Below are positions 1-13,000 of a stretch of 64,000 nt of DNA, in pieces. Location of the stretch: NCBI GenBank assembly GCA_964016885.1, contig OZ024744.1, positions 496,001-560,000 of the forward strand, in the 5' to 3' direction. Each line of letters begins with the position of its first letter. Positions within the stretch are counted from its first letter, which is position 1. The position numbers were made by a program, and so were the translations under genes. The notes beneath the pieces were generated by a model. It did not search any database and was not told the DNA's origin. It was given only the letters and a program-made list of their open reading frames with translations. This stretch comes from Eledone cirrhosa (taxonomy: Eukaryota).

Positions 1-3000
1 AAGATAGCTTGGTGAAGAACGAAGTTTTGAGGGAAGACAAGGTAGAGAAAGATAGCTTGGTGAAGAACGAAGTTTTGGGGGAAGACAAGGTAGAGAAAGA
101 TAGCTTGGTGAAGAACGAAGTTTTGGGGGAAGACAAGGTAGAGAAATATAGCTTGGTGAAGAACGAAGTTTTGAGGGAAGACAAGATAGAGAAAGATAGC
201 TTGGTGAAGAACGAAGTTTTGAGGGAAGTCAAGGTAGAGAAAGATAGCTTGGTGAAGAACGACGTTTTGAGGGAAGACAAGGTAGAGAAAGATAGCTTGG
301 TGAAGAACGACGTTTTGGGGGAAGACAAGGTAGAGAAAGATAGCTTGGTGAAGAACAACGTTTTGGGGGAAGACAAGGTAGAGAAAGATAGCTTGGTGAA
401 GAACGAAGTATTGAGGGAAGACTAGGTAGAGAAAGATAGCTTGATGAAGAACGAAGTGTTGGGGGAAGACAAGGTAGAGAAAGATAGCTTGCTGAAGAAC
501 GAAGTTTTGAGGGACGACAAAGTAGAGAAAGATAGCTTGGTGAAGAACGAAGTTTTGGGGAAGACAAGGTAGAGAAAGATAGCTTGATGAAGAACGAAGT
601 TTTGGGGGAAGACAAGGTAGAGAAAGATAGCTTGGTGAAGAACGAAGTTTTGATGGAAGACAAGGTAGAGAAAGATAGCTTGGTGAAGAATAAAGTTTTG
701 GGGGAAGACAAGGTAGAGAAAGATAGCTTGGTGAAGAACGAAGTATTGAGGGAAGACTCGGTAGAGAAAGATAGCTTGGTGAAGAACGAAGTTTTGAGGG
801 AAGACAAGGTAGAGAAAGATAGCTTGGTGAAGAACGAGGTTTTGAGGGAAGACAAGGTAGAGAAAGATAGCTTGGTGAAGAACGAAGTTTTGGGGGAAGA
901 CAAGGTAGAGAAAGATAGCTTGATGAAGAACGAAGTTTTGGGGGAAGACAAGGTAGAGAAAGATAGCTTGGTGAAGAACGAAGTTTTGGGGGAAGACAAG
1001 GTAGAGAAAGATAGCTTGGTGAAGAACGAAGTGTTGGGGGAAGACAAGGTAGAGAAATATAGCTTGGTGAAGAACGAAGTTTTGAGAGAAGACAAGATAG
1101 AGAAAGATAGCTTGGTGAAGAACGAAGTTTTGAGGGATGTCAAGGTAGAGAAAGATAGCTTGGTGAAGAACGACGTTTTGAGGGAAGACAAGGTAGAGAA
1201 AGAATAGCTTGGTGAAGAACGACGTTTTGGGGGAAGACAAGGTAGAGAAAGATAGCTTGGTGAAGAACAACGTTTTGGGGGAAGACAAGGTAGAGAAAGA
1301 TAGCTTGGTGAAGAACGAAGTATTGAGGGAAGACTAGGTAGAGAAAGATAGCTTGATGAAGAACGAAGTGTTGGGGGAAGACAAGGTAGAGAAAGATAGC
1401 TTGGTGAAGAACGACGTTTTGGGGGAAGACAAGGTAGAGAAAGATAGCTTGGTGAAGAACAACGTTTTGGGGGAAGACAAGGTAGAGAAAGATAGCTTGG
1501 TGAAGAACGAAGTATTGAGGGAAGACTAGGTAGAGAAAGATAGTTGGTGAAGAACGAAGTTTTGAGGGAAGACAAGGTAGAGAAAGATAGCTTGGTGAAG
1601 AACGACGTTTTGAGGGAAGACAAGGTAGAGAAAGATAGCTTGGTGAAGAACGACGTTTTGGGGGAAGAAAGGTAGAGAAAGATAGCTTGGTGAAGAACAA
1701 AATTTTGGGGGAAGACAAGGTAGAGAAAGATAGCTTGGTGAAGAACGAAGTATTGAGGGAAGACTCGGTAGAGAAAGATAGCTTGGTGAAGAACGAAGTT
1801 TTGAGGGAAGACAAGGTAGAGAAAGATAGCTTGGTGAAGAACGAGGTTTTGAGGGAAGACAAGGTAGAGAAAGATAGCTTGGTGAAGAACGACGTTTTGG
1901 GGGAAGAAAGGTAGAGAAAGATAGCTTGATGAAGAACAAAGTTTTGGGGGAAGACAAGGTAGAGAAAGATAGCTTGGTGAAGAACGAAGTATTGAGGGAA
2001 GACTCGGTAGAGAAAGATAGCTTGGTGAAGAACGAAGTTTTGAGGGAAGACAAGGTAGAGAAAGATAGCTTGGTGAAGAACGAGGTTTTGAGGGAAGACA
2101 ATGTAGAGAAAGATAGCTTGGTGAAGAACGACGTTTTGGGGGAAGACAAGGTAGAGAAAGATAGCTTGGTGAAGAACAACGTTTTGGGGGAAGACAAGGT
2201 AGAGAAAGATAGCTTGGTGAAGAACGAAGTATTGAGGGAAGACTAGGTAGAGAAAGATAGTTGGTGAAGAACGAAGTTTTGAGGGAAGACAAGGTAGAGA
2301 AAGATAGCTTGGTGAAGAACGACGTTTTGAGGGAAGACAAGGTAGAGAAAGATAGCTTGGTGAAGAACGACGTTTTGGGGGAAGAAAGGTAGAGAAAGAT
2401 AGCTTGGTGAAGAACAAAGTTTTGGGGGAAGACAAGGTAGAGAAAGATAGCTTGGTGAAGAACGAAGTATTGAGGGAAGACTCGGTAGAGAAAGATAGCT
2501 TGGTGAAGAACGAAGTTTTGAGGGAAGACAAGGTAGAGAAAGATAGCTTGGTGAAGAACGAGGTTTTGAGGGAAGACAAGGTAGAGAAAGATAGCTTGGT
2601 GAAGAACGACGTTTTGGGGGAAGAAAGGTAGAGAAAGATAGCTTGGTGAAGAACAAAGTTTTGGGGGAAGACAAGGTAGAGAAAGATAGCTTGGTGAAGA
2701 ACGAAGTATTGAGGGAAGACTCGGTAGAGAAAGATAGCTTGGTGAATAACGAAGTTTTGAGGGAAGACAAGGTAGAGAAAGATAGCTTGGTGAAGAACGA
2801 AGTTTTGAGGGAAGACAAGGTAGAGAAAGATAGCTTGGTGAAGAACGAAGTTTTGGGGGAAGACAAGGTAGAGAAAGATAGCTTGGTGAAGAACGAAGTT
2901 TTGGGGGAAGACAAGGTAGAGAAATATAGCTTGGTGAAGAACGAAGTTTTGAGGGAAGACAAGATAGAGAAAGATAGCTTGGTGAAGAACGAAGTTTTGA

Positions 3001-4957
3001 GGGAAGTCAAGGTAGAGAAAGATAGCTTGGTGAAGAACGACGTTTTGAGGGAAGACAAGGTAGAGAAAGATAGCTTGGTGAAGAACGACGTTTTGGGGGA
3101 AGACAAGGTAGAGAAAGATAGCTTGGTGAAGAACAACGTTTTGGGGGAAGACAAGGTAGAGAAAGATAGCTTGGTGAAGAACGAAGTATTGAGGGAAGAC
3201 TAGGTAGAGAAAGATAGCTTGATGAAGAACGAAGTGTTGGGGGAAGACAAGGTAGAGAAAGATAGCTTGCTGAAGAACGAAGTTTTGAGGGACGACAAAG
3301 TAGAGAAAGATAGCTTGGTGAAGAACGAAGTTTTGGGGAAGACAAGGTAGAGAAAGATAGCTTGATGAAGAACGAAGTTTTGGGGGAAGACAAGGTAGAG
3401 AAAGATAGCTTGGTGAAGAACGAAGTTTTGATGGAAGACAAGGTAGAGAAAGATAGCTTGGTGAAGAATAAAGTTTTGGGGGAAGACAAGGTAGAGAAAG
3501 ATAGCTTGGTGAAGAACGAAGTATTGAGGGAAGACTCGGTAGAGAAAGATAGCTTGGTGAAGAACGAAGTTTTGAGGGAAGACAAGGTAGAGAAAGATAG
3601 CTTGGTGAAGAACGAGGTTTTGAGGGAAGACAAGGTAGAGAAAGATAGCTTGGTGAAGAACGAAGTTTTGGGGGAAGACAAGGTAGAGAAAGATAGCTTG
3701 ATGAAGAACGAAGTTTTGGGGGAAGACAAGGTAGAGAAAGATAGCTTGGTGAAGAACGAAGTTTTGGGGGAAGACAAGGTAGAGAAAGATAGCTTGGTGA
3801 AGAACGAAGTGTTGGGGGAAGACAAGGTAGAGAAATATAGCTTGGTGAAGAACGAAGTTTTGAGAGAAGACAAGATAGAGAAAGATAGCTTGGTGAAGAA
3901 CGAAGTTTTGAGGGATGTCAAGGTAGAGAAAGATAGCTTGGTGAAGAACGACGTTTTGAGGGAAGACAAGGTAGAGAAAGAATAGCTTGGTGAAGAACGA
4001 CGTTTTGGGGGAAGACAAGGTAGAGAAAGATAGCTTGGTGAAGAACAACGTTTTGGGGGAAGACAAGGTAGAGAAAGATAGCTTGGTGAAGAACGAAGTA
4101 TTGAGGGAAGACTAGGTAGAGAAAGATAGCTTGATGAAGAACGAAGTGTTGGGGGAAGACAAGGTAGAGAAAGATAGCTTGGTGAAGAACGACGTTTTGG
4201 GGGAAGACAAGGTAGAGAAAGATAGCTTGGTGAAGAACAACGTTTTGGGGGAAGACAAGGTAGAGAAAGATAGCTTGGTGAAGAACGAAGTATTGAGGGA
4301 AGACTAGGTAGAGAAAGATAGTTGGTGAAGAACGAAGTTTTGAGGGAAGACAAGGTAGAGAAAGATAGCTTGGTGAAGAACGACGTTTTGAGGGAAGACA
4401 AGGTAGAGAAAGATAGCTTGGTGAAGAACGACGTTTTGGGGGAAGAAAGGTAGAGAAAGATAGCTTGGTGAAGAACAAAATTTTGGGGGAAGACAAGGTA
4501 GAGAAAGATAGCTTGGTGAAGAACGAAGTATTGAGGGAAGACTCGGTAGAGAAAGATAGCTTGGTGAAGAACGAAGTTTTGAGGGAAGACAAGGTAGAGA
4601 AAGATAGCTTGGTGAAGAACGAGGTTTTGAGGGAAGACAAGGTAGAGAAAGATAGCTTGGTGAAGAACGACGTTTTGGGGGAAGAAAGGTAGAGAAAGAT
4701 AGCTTGATGAAGAACAAAGTTTTGGGGGAAGACAAGGTAGAGAAAGATAGCTTGGTGAAGAACGAAGTATTGAGGGAAGACTCGGTAGAGAAAGATAGCT
4801 TGGTGAAGAACGAAGTTTTGAGGGAAGACAAGGTAGAGAAAGATAGCTTGGTGAAGAACGAGGTTTTGAGGGAAGACAATGTAGAGAAAGATAGCTTGGT
4901 GAAGAACGACGTTTTGGGGGAAGACAAGGTAGAGAAAGATAGCTTGGTGAAGAACAA
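1..4957. repeat. Higher-order duplication, offset 2778 bp (58 monomers, net -6 bp): ~1-2179 repeated at ~2779-4957
   Basis: Identical ORFs 584..1207/3362..3985, 422..1288/3200..4066 and 1687..1914/4465..4692 are all offset 2778. The private variant AACAAAATTTTG occurs at ~1696 and ~4474. Seven deletions and one insertion counted in 1-2778 give 58x48-6. Confidence 0.9.
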
Positions 4958-7900
4958 AGTTTTGGGGGAAGACAAGGTAGAGAAAGATAGCTTGGTGAAG
5001 AACGAAGTATTGAGGGAAGACTCGGTAGAGAAAGATAGCTTGGTGAAGAACGAAGTTTTGAGGGAAGACAAGGTAGAGAAAGATAGCTTGGTGAAGAACG
5101 AGGTTTTGAGGGAAGACAAGGTAGAGAAAGATAGCTTGGTGAAGAACGAAGTTTTGGGGGAAGACAAGGTAGAGAAAGATAGCTTGATGAAGAACGAAGT
5201 TTTGGGGGAAGACAAGGTAGAGAAAGATAGCTTGGTGAAGAACGAAGTTTTGGGGGAAGACAAGGTAGAGAAAGATAGCTTGGTGAAGAACGAAGTGTTG
5301 GGGGAAGACAAGGTAGAGAAATATAGCTTGGTGAAGAACGAAGTTTTGAGAGAAGACAAGATAGAGAAAGATAGCTTGGTGAAGAACGAAGTTTTGAGGG
5401 AAGTCAAGGTAGAGAAAGATATCTTGGTGAAGAACGACGTTTTGAGGGAAGACAAGGTAGAGAAAGAATAGCTTGGTGAAGAACGACGTTTTGGGGGAAG
5501 ACAAGGTAGAGAAAGATAGCTTGGTGAAGAACAACGTTTTGGGGGAAGACAAGGTAGAGAAAGATAGCTTGGTGAAGAACGAAGTTTTGGGGGAAGACAA
5601 TGTAGAGAAAGATAGCTTGCTGAAGAACGAAGTTTTGAGGGACGACAAAGTAGAGAAAGATAGCTTGGTAAAGAACGAAGTTTTGGGGAAGACAAGGTAG
5701 AGAAAGATAGCTTGGTGAAGAACGAAGTTTTGGGGGAAGACAAGGTAGAGAAATATAGCTTGGTGAAGAACGAAGTTTTGAGGGAAGACAAGGTAGAGAA
5801 AGATAGCTTGGTGAAGAACGAAGTTTTGAGGGAAGTCAAGATAGAGAAAGATAGCTTGGTGAAGAACGAGGTTTTGAGGGAAGACAAGGTAGAGAAAGAT
5901 AGCTTGGTGAAGAACGACGTTTTGGGGGAAGACAAGGTAGAGAAAGATAGCTTGGTGAAGAACAACGTTTTGGGGGAAGACAAGGTAGAGAAAGATAGCT
6001 TGGTGAAGAACGAAGTATTGAGGGAAGACTAGGTAGAGAAAGATAGTTGGTGAAGAACGAAGTTTTGAGGGAAGACAAGGTAGAGAAAGATAGCTTGGTG
6101 AAGAACGACGTTTTGAGGGAAGACAAGGTAGAGAAAGATAGCTTGGTGAAGAACGACGTTTTGGGGGAAGAAAGGTAGAGAAAGATAGCTTGGTGAAGAA
6201 CAAAGTTTTGGGGGAAGACAAGGTAGAGAAAGATAGCTTGGTGAAGAACGAAGTATTGAGGGAAGACTCGGTAGAGAAAGATAGCTTGGTGAAGAACGAA
6301 GTTTTGAGGGAAGACAAGGTAGAGAAAGATAGCTTGGTGAAGAACGAGGTTTTGAGGGAAGACAATGTAGAGAAAGATAGCTTGGTGAAGAACGACGTTT
6401 TGGGGGAAGAAAGGTAGAGAAAGATAGCTTGGTGAAGAACAAAGTTTTGGGGGAAGACTCGGTAGAGAAAGATAGCTTGGTGAAGAACGAAGTTTTGAGG
6501 GAAGACAAGGTAGAGAAAGATAGCTTGGTGAAGAACGAGGTTTTGAGGGAAGACAATGTAGAGAAAGATAGCTTGGTGAAGAACGACGTTTTGGGGGAAG
6601 ACAAGGTAGAGAAAGATAGCTTGGTGAAGAATAAAGTTTTGGGGGAAGACAAGGTAGAGAAAGATAGCTTGGTGAAGAACGAAGTATTGAGGGAAGACTC
6701 GGTAGAGAAAGATAGCTTGGTGAAGAACGAAGTTTTGAGGGAAGACAAGGTAGAGAAAGATAGCTTGGTGAAGAACGAGGTTTTGAGGGAAGACAAGGTA
6801 GAGAAAGATAGCTTGGTGAAGAACGAAGTTTTGGGGGAAGACAAGGTAGAGAAAGATAGCTTGATGAAGAACGAAGTTTTGGGGGAAGACAAGGTAGAGA
6901 AAGATAGCTTGGTGAAGAACGAAGTTTTGGGGGAAGACAAGGTAGAGAAAGATAGCTTGGTGAAGAACGAAGTGTTGGGGGAAGACAAGGTAGAGAAATA
7001 TAGCTTGGTGAAGAACGAAGTTTTGAGAGAAGACAAGATAGAGAAAGATAGCTTGGTGAAGAACGAAGTTTTGAGGGATGTCAAGGTAGAGAAAGATAGC
7101 TTGGTGAAGAACGACGTTTTGAGGGAAGACAAGGTAGAGAAAGAATAGCTTGGTGAAGAACGACGTTTTGGGGGAAGACAAGGTAGAGAAAGATAGCTTG
7201 GTGAAGAACAACGTTTTGGGGGAAGACAAGGTAGAGAAAGATAGCTTGGTGAAGAACGAAGTATTGAGGGAAGACTAGGTAGAGAAAGATAGCTTGATGA
7301 AGAACGAAGTGTTGGGGGAAGACAAGGTAGAGAAAGATAGCTTGCTGAAGAACGAAGTTTTGAGGGACGACAAAGTAGAGAAAGATAGCTTGGTGAAGAA
7401 CGAAGTTTTGAGGGAAGACAAGGTAGAGAAAGATAGCTTGGTGAAGAACGAGGTTTTGAGGGAAGACAAGGTAGAGAAAGATAGCTTGGTGAAGAACGAC
7501 GTTTTGGGGGAAGAAAGGTAGAGAAAGATAGCTTGATGAAGAACAAAGTTTTGGGGGAAGACAAGGTAGAGAAAGATAGCTTGGTGAAGAACGAAGTATT
7601 GAGGGAAGACTCGGTAGAGAAAGATAGCTTGGTGAAGAACGAAGTTTTGAGGGAAGACAAGGTAGAGAAAGATAGCTTGGTGAAGAACGAGGTTTTGAGG
7701 GAAGACAATGTAGAGAAAGATAGCTTGGTGAAGAACGACGTTTTGGGGGAAGACAAGGTAGAGAAAGATAGCTTGGTGAAGAACAAAGTTTTGGGGGAAG
7801 ACAAGGTAGAGAAAGATAGCTTGGTGAAGAACGAAGTATTGAGGGAAGACTCGGTAGAGAAAGATAGCTTGGTGAAGAACGAAGTTTTGAGGGAAGACAA

Positions 7901-8938
7901 GGTAGAGAAAGATAGCTTGGTGAAGAACGAGGTTTTGAGGGAAGACAAGGTAGAGAAAGATAGCTTGGTGAAGAACGAAGTTTTGGGGGAAGACAAGGTA
8001 GAGAAAGATAGCTTGATGAAGAACGAAGTTTTGGGGGAAGACAAGGTAGAGAAAGATAGCTTGGTGAAGAACGAAGTTTTGGGGGAAGACAAGGTAGAGA
8101 AAGATAGCTTGGTGAAGAACGAAGTGTTGGGGGAAGACAAGGTAGAGAAATATAGCTTGGTGAAGAACGAAGTTTTGAGAGAAGACAAGATAGAGAAAGA
8201 TAGCTTGGTGAAGAACGAAGTTTTGAGGGAAGTCAAGGTAGAGAAAGATATCTTGGTGAAGAACGACGTTTTGAGGGAAGACAAGGTAGAGAAAGAATAG
8301 CTTGGTGAAGAACGACGTTTTGGGGGAAGACAAGGTAGAGAAAGATAGCTTGGTGAAGAACAACGTTTTGGGGGAAGACAAGGTAGAGAAAGATAGCTTG
8401 GTGAAGAACGAAGTTTTGGGGGAAGACAATGTAGAGAAAGATAGCTTGCTGAAGAACGAAGTTTTGAGGGACGACAAAGTAGAGAAAGATAGCTTGGTAA
8501 AGAACGAAGTTTTGGGGAAGACAAGGTAGAGAAAGATAGCTTGGTGAAGAACGAAGTTTTGGGGGAAGACAAGGTAGAGAAATATAGCTTGGTGAAGAAC
8601 GAAGTTTTGAGGGAAGACAAGGTAGAGAAAGATAGCTTGGTGAAGAACGAAGTTTTGAGGGAAGTCAAGATAGAGAAAGATAGCTTGGTGAAGAACGAGG
8701 TTTTGAGGGAAGACAAGGTAGAGAAAGATAGCTTGGTGAAGAACGACGTTTTGGGGGAAGACAAGGTAGAGAAAGATAGCTTGGTGAAGAACAACGTTTT
8801 GGGGGAAGACAAGGTAGAGAAAGATAGCTTGGTGAAGAACGAAGTATTGAGGGAAGACTAGGTAGAGAAAGATAGTTGGTGAAGAACGAAGTTTTGAGGG
8901 AAGACAAGGTAGAGAAAGATAGCTTGGTGAAGAACGAA
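4555..8938. repeat. Higher-order duplication, offset 2829 bp (59 monomers -3): ~4555-6109 repeated at ~7384-8938
   Basis: Identical ORFs 4704/7533, 5473/8302 and 5712/8541. Private variants GATATC (5418, 8247) and TTGGTAAAG (~5665, ~8494). Confidence 0.9.
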
Positions 8939-10048
8939 GTTTTGAGGGAAGACAAGGTAGAGAAAGATAGCTTGGTGAAGAACGAGGTTTTGAGGGAAGA
9001 CAAGGTAGAGAAAGATAGCTTGGTGAAGAACGACGTTTTGGGGGAAGAAAGGTAGAGAAAGATAGCTTGGTGAAGAACAAAGTTTTGGGGGAAGACTCGG
9101 TAGAGAAAGATAGCTTGGTGAAGAACGAAGTTTTGAGGGAAGACAAGGTAGAGAAAGATAGCTTGGTGAAGAACGAGGTTTTGAGGGAAGACAATGTAGA
9201 GAAAGATAGCTTGGTGAAGAACGACGTTTTGGGGGAAGACAAGGTAGAGAAAGATAGCTTGGTGAAGAATAAAGTTTTGGGGGAAGACAAGGTAGAGAAA
9301 GATAGCTTGGTGAAGAACGAAGTATTGAGGGAAGACTCGGTAGAGAAAGATAGCTTGGTGAAGAACGAAGTTTTGAGGGAAGACAAGGTAGAGAAAGATA
9401 GCTTGGTGAAGAACGAGGTTTTGAGGGAAGACAAGGTAGAGAAAGATAGCTTGGTGAAGAACGAAGTTTTGGGGGAAGACAAGGTAGAGAAAGATAGCTT
9501 GATGAAGAACGAAGTTTTGGGGGAAGACAAGGTAGAGAAAGATAGCTTGGTGAAGAACGAAGTTTTGGGGGAAGACAAGGTAGAGAAAGATAGCTTGGTG
9601 AAGAACGAAGTGTTGGGGGAAGACAAGGTAGAGAAATATAGCTTGGTGAAGAACGAAGTTTTGAGAGAAGACAAGATAGAGAAAGATAGCTTGGTGAAGA
9701 ACGAAGTTTTGAGGGATGTCAAGGTAGAGAAAGATAGCTTGGTGAAGAACGACGTTTTGAGGGAAGACAAGGTAGAGAAAGAATAGCTTGGTGAAGAACG
9801 ACGTTTTGGGGGAAGACAAGGTAGAGAAAGATAGCTTGGTGAAGAACAACGTTTTGGGGGAAGACAAGGTAGAGAAAGATAGCTTGGTGAAGAACGAAGT
9901 ATTGAGGGAAGACTAGGTAGAGAAAGATAGCTTGATGAAGAACGAAGTGTTGGGGGAAGACAAGGTAGAGAAAGATAGCTTGCTGAAGAACGAAGTTTTG
10001 AGGGACGACAAAGTAGAGAAAGATAGCTTGGTGAAGAACGAAGTTTTG
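6367..10048. repeat. Higher-order duplication, offset 2638 bp (55 monomers -2): ~6367-7410 repeated at ~9005-10048
   Basis: Identical ORFs 6429..7148 and 9067..9786. Shared chimeric monomer AACAAAGTTTTGGGGGAAGACTCG at 6438 and 9076. Confidence 0.85.
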
Positions 10049-13000
10049 GGGAAGACAAGGTAGAGAAAGATAGCTTGATGAAGAACGAAGTTTTGGGGGA
10101 AGACAAGGTAGAGAAAGATAGCTTGGTGAAGAACGAAGTTTTGGGGGAAGACAAGGTAGAGAAAGATAGCTTGGTGAAGAACGAAGTTTTGAGGGAAGAC
10201 AAGGTAGAGAAAGATAGCTTGGTGAAGAACGACGTTTTGGGGGAAGAAAGGTAGAGAAAGATAGCTTGGTGAAGAACAAAGTTTTGGGGGAAGACAAGGT
10301 AGAGAAAGATAGCTTGGTGAAGAACGAAGTATTGAGGGAAGACTCGGTAGAGAAAGATAGCTTGGTGAAGAACGAAGTTTTGAGGGAAGACAAGGTAGAG
10401 GAAGATAGCTTGGTGAAGAACGAGGTTTTGAGGGAAGACAAGGTAGAGAAAGATAGCTTGGTGAAGAACGAAGTTTTGGGGAAGACAAGGTAGAGAAAGA
10501 TAGCTTGGTGAAGAACGAAGTTTTGGGGGAAGACAAGGTAGAGAAATATAGCTTGGTGAAGAACGAAGTTTTGAGGGAAGACAAGGTAGAGAAAGATAGC
10601 TTGGTGAAGAACGAAGTTTTGAGGGAAGTCAAGGTAGAGAAAGATAGCTTGGTGAAGAACGACGTTTTGAGGGAAGACAAGGTAGAGAAAGATAGCTTGG
10701 TGAAGAACGACGTTTTGGGGGAAGACAAGGTAGAGAAAGATAGCTTGGTGAAGAACAACGTTTTGGGGGAAGACAAGGTAGAGAAAGATAGCTTGGTGAA
10801 GAACGAAGTATTGAGGGAAGACTAGGTAGAGAATGATAGTTGGTGAAGAACGAAGTTTTGAGGGAAGACAAGGTAGAGAAAGATAGCTTGGTGAAGAACG
10901 ACGTTTTGAGGGAAGACAAGGTAGAGAAAGATAGCTTGGTGAAGAACGACGTTTTGGGGGAAGAAAGGTAGAGAAAGATAGCTTGGTGAAGAACAAAGTT
11001 TTGGGGGAAGACAAGGTAGAGAAAGATAGCTTGGTGAAGAACGAAGTATTGAGGGAAGACTCGGTAGAGAAAGATAGCTTGGTGAAGAACGAAGTTTTGA
11101 GGGAAGACAAGGTAGAGAAAGATAGCTTGTGAAGAACGAGGTTTTGAGGGAAGACAAGGTAGAGAAAGATAGCTTGGTGAAGAACGACGTTTTGGGGGAA
11201 GAGAGGTAGAGAAAGATAGCTTGGTGAAGAACAAAGTTTTGGGGGAAGACAAGGTAGAGAAAGATAGCTTGGTGAAGAACGAAGTATTGAGGGAAGACTC
11301 GGTAGAGAAAGATAGCTTGGTGAAGAACGAAGTTTTGAGGGAAGACAAGGTAGAGAAAGATAGCTTGGTGAAGAACGAGGTTTTGAGGGAAGACAAGGTA
11401 GAGAAAGATAGCTTGGTGAAGAACGAAGTTTTGGGGGAAGACAAGGTAGAGAAAGATAGCTTGGTGAATAACGAAGTTTTGAGGGAAGACAAGGTAGAGA
11501 AAGATAGCTTGGTGAAGAACGAAGTTTTGAGGGAAGACAAGGTAGAGAAAGATAGCTTGGTGAAGAACGAAGTTTTGGGGGAAGACAAGGTAGAGAAAGA
11601 TAGCTTGATGAAGAACGAAGTTTTGGGGGAAGACAAGGTAGAGAAAGATAGCTTGGTGAAGAACGAAGTTTTGGGGGAAGACAAGGTAGAGAAAGATAGC
11701 TTGGTGAAGAACGAAGTTTTGGGGGAAGACAAGGTAGAGAAATATAGCTTGGTGAAGAACGAAGTTTTGAGGGAAGACAAGATAGAGAAAGATAGCTTGG
11801 TGAAGAACGAAGTTTTGAGGGAAGTCAAGGTAGAGAAAGATAGCTTGGTGAAGAACGACGTTTTGAGGGAAGACAAGGTAGAGAAAGATAGCTTGGTGAA
11901 GAACGACGTTTTGGGGGAAGACAAGGTAGAGAAAGATAGCTTGGTGAAGAACAACGTTTTGGGGGAAGACAAGGTAGAGAAAGATAGCTTGGTGAAGAAC
12001 GAAGTATTGAGGGAAGACTAGGTAGAGAAAGATAGCTTGATGAAGAACGAAGTGTTGGGGGAAGACAAGGTAGAGAAAGATAGCTTGCTGAAGAACGAAG
12101 TTTTGAGGGACGACAAAGTAGAGAAAGATAGCTTGGTGAAGAACGAAGTTTTGGGGAAGACAAGGTAGAGAAAGATAGCTTGATGAAGAACGAAGTTTTG
12201 GGGGAAGACAAGGTAGAGAAAGATAGCTTGGTGAAGAACGAAGTTTTGATGGAAGACAAGGTAGAGAAAGATAGCTTGGTGAAGAACGAAGTTTTGGGGG
12301 AAGACAAGGTAGAGAAAGATAGCTTGGTGAAGAACGAAGTTTTGAGGGAAGACAAGGTAGAGAAAGATAGCTTGGTGAAGAACGACGTTTTGGGGGAAGA
12401 AAGGTAGAGAAAGATAGCTTGGTGAAGAACAAAGTTTTGGGGGAAGACAAGGTAGAGAAAGATAGCTTGGTGAAGAACGAAGTATTGAGGGAAGACTCGG
12501 TAGAGAAAGATAGCTTGGTGAAGAACGAAGTTTTGAGGGAAGACAAGGTAGAGAAAGATAGCTTGGTGAAGAACGAGGTTTTGAGGGAAGACAAGGTAGA
12601 GAAAGATAGCTTGGTGAAGAACGAAGTTTTGGGGAAGACAAGGTAGAGAAAGATAGCTTGGTGAAGAACGAAGTTTTGGGGGAAGACAAGGTAGAGAAAG
12701 ATAGCTTGGTGAAGAACGAAGTTTTGAGGGAAGACAAGGTAGAGAAAGATAGCTTGGTGAAGAACGAAGTTTTGAGGGAAGTCAAGGTAGAGAAAGATAG
12801 CTTGGTGAAGAACGACGTTTTGAGGGAAGACAAGGTAGAGAAAGATAGCTTGGTGAAGAACGACGTTTTGGGGGAAGACAAGGTAGAGAAAGATAGCTTG
12901 GTGAAGAACAACGTTTTGGGGGAAGACAATGTAGAGAAAGATAGCTTGCTGAAGAACGAAGTTTTGAGGGACGACAAAGTAGAGAAAGATAGCTTGGTGA

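Noticed and set aside
37-47. AAG|GTAGAG as a repeated splice donor, and AATAAA variants (~688, 3466, 6630, 9268) as poly(A) signals
   Set aside because: The donor match fails at +4 to +6 and the + strand has no polypyrimidine acceptor. The AATAAA hexamers are incidental SNP products with no gene context.
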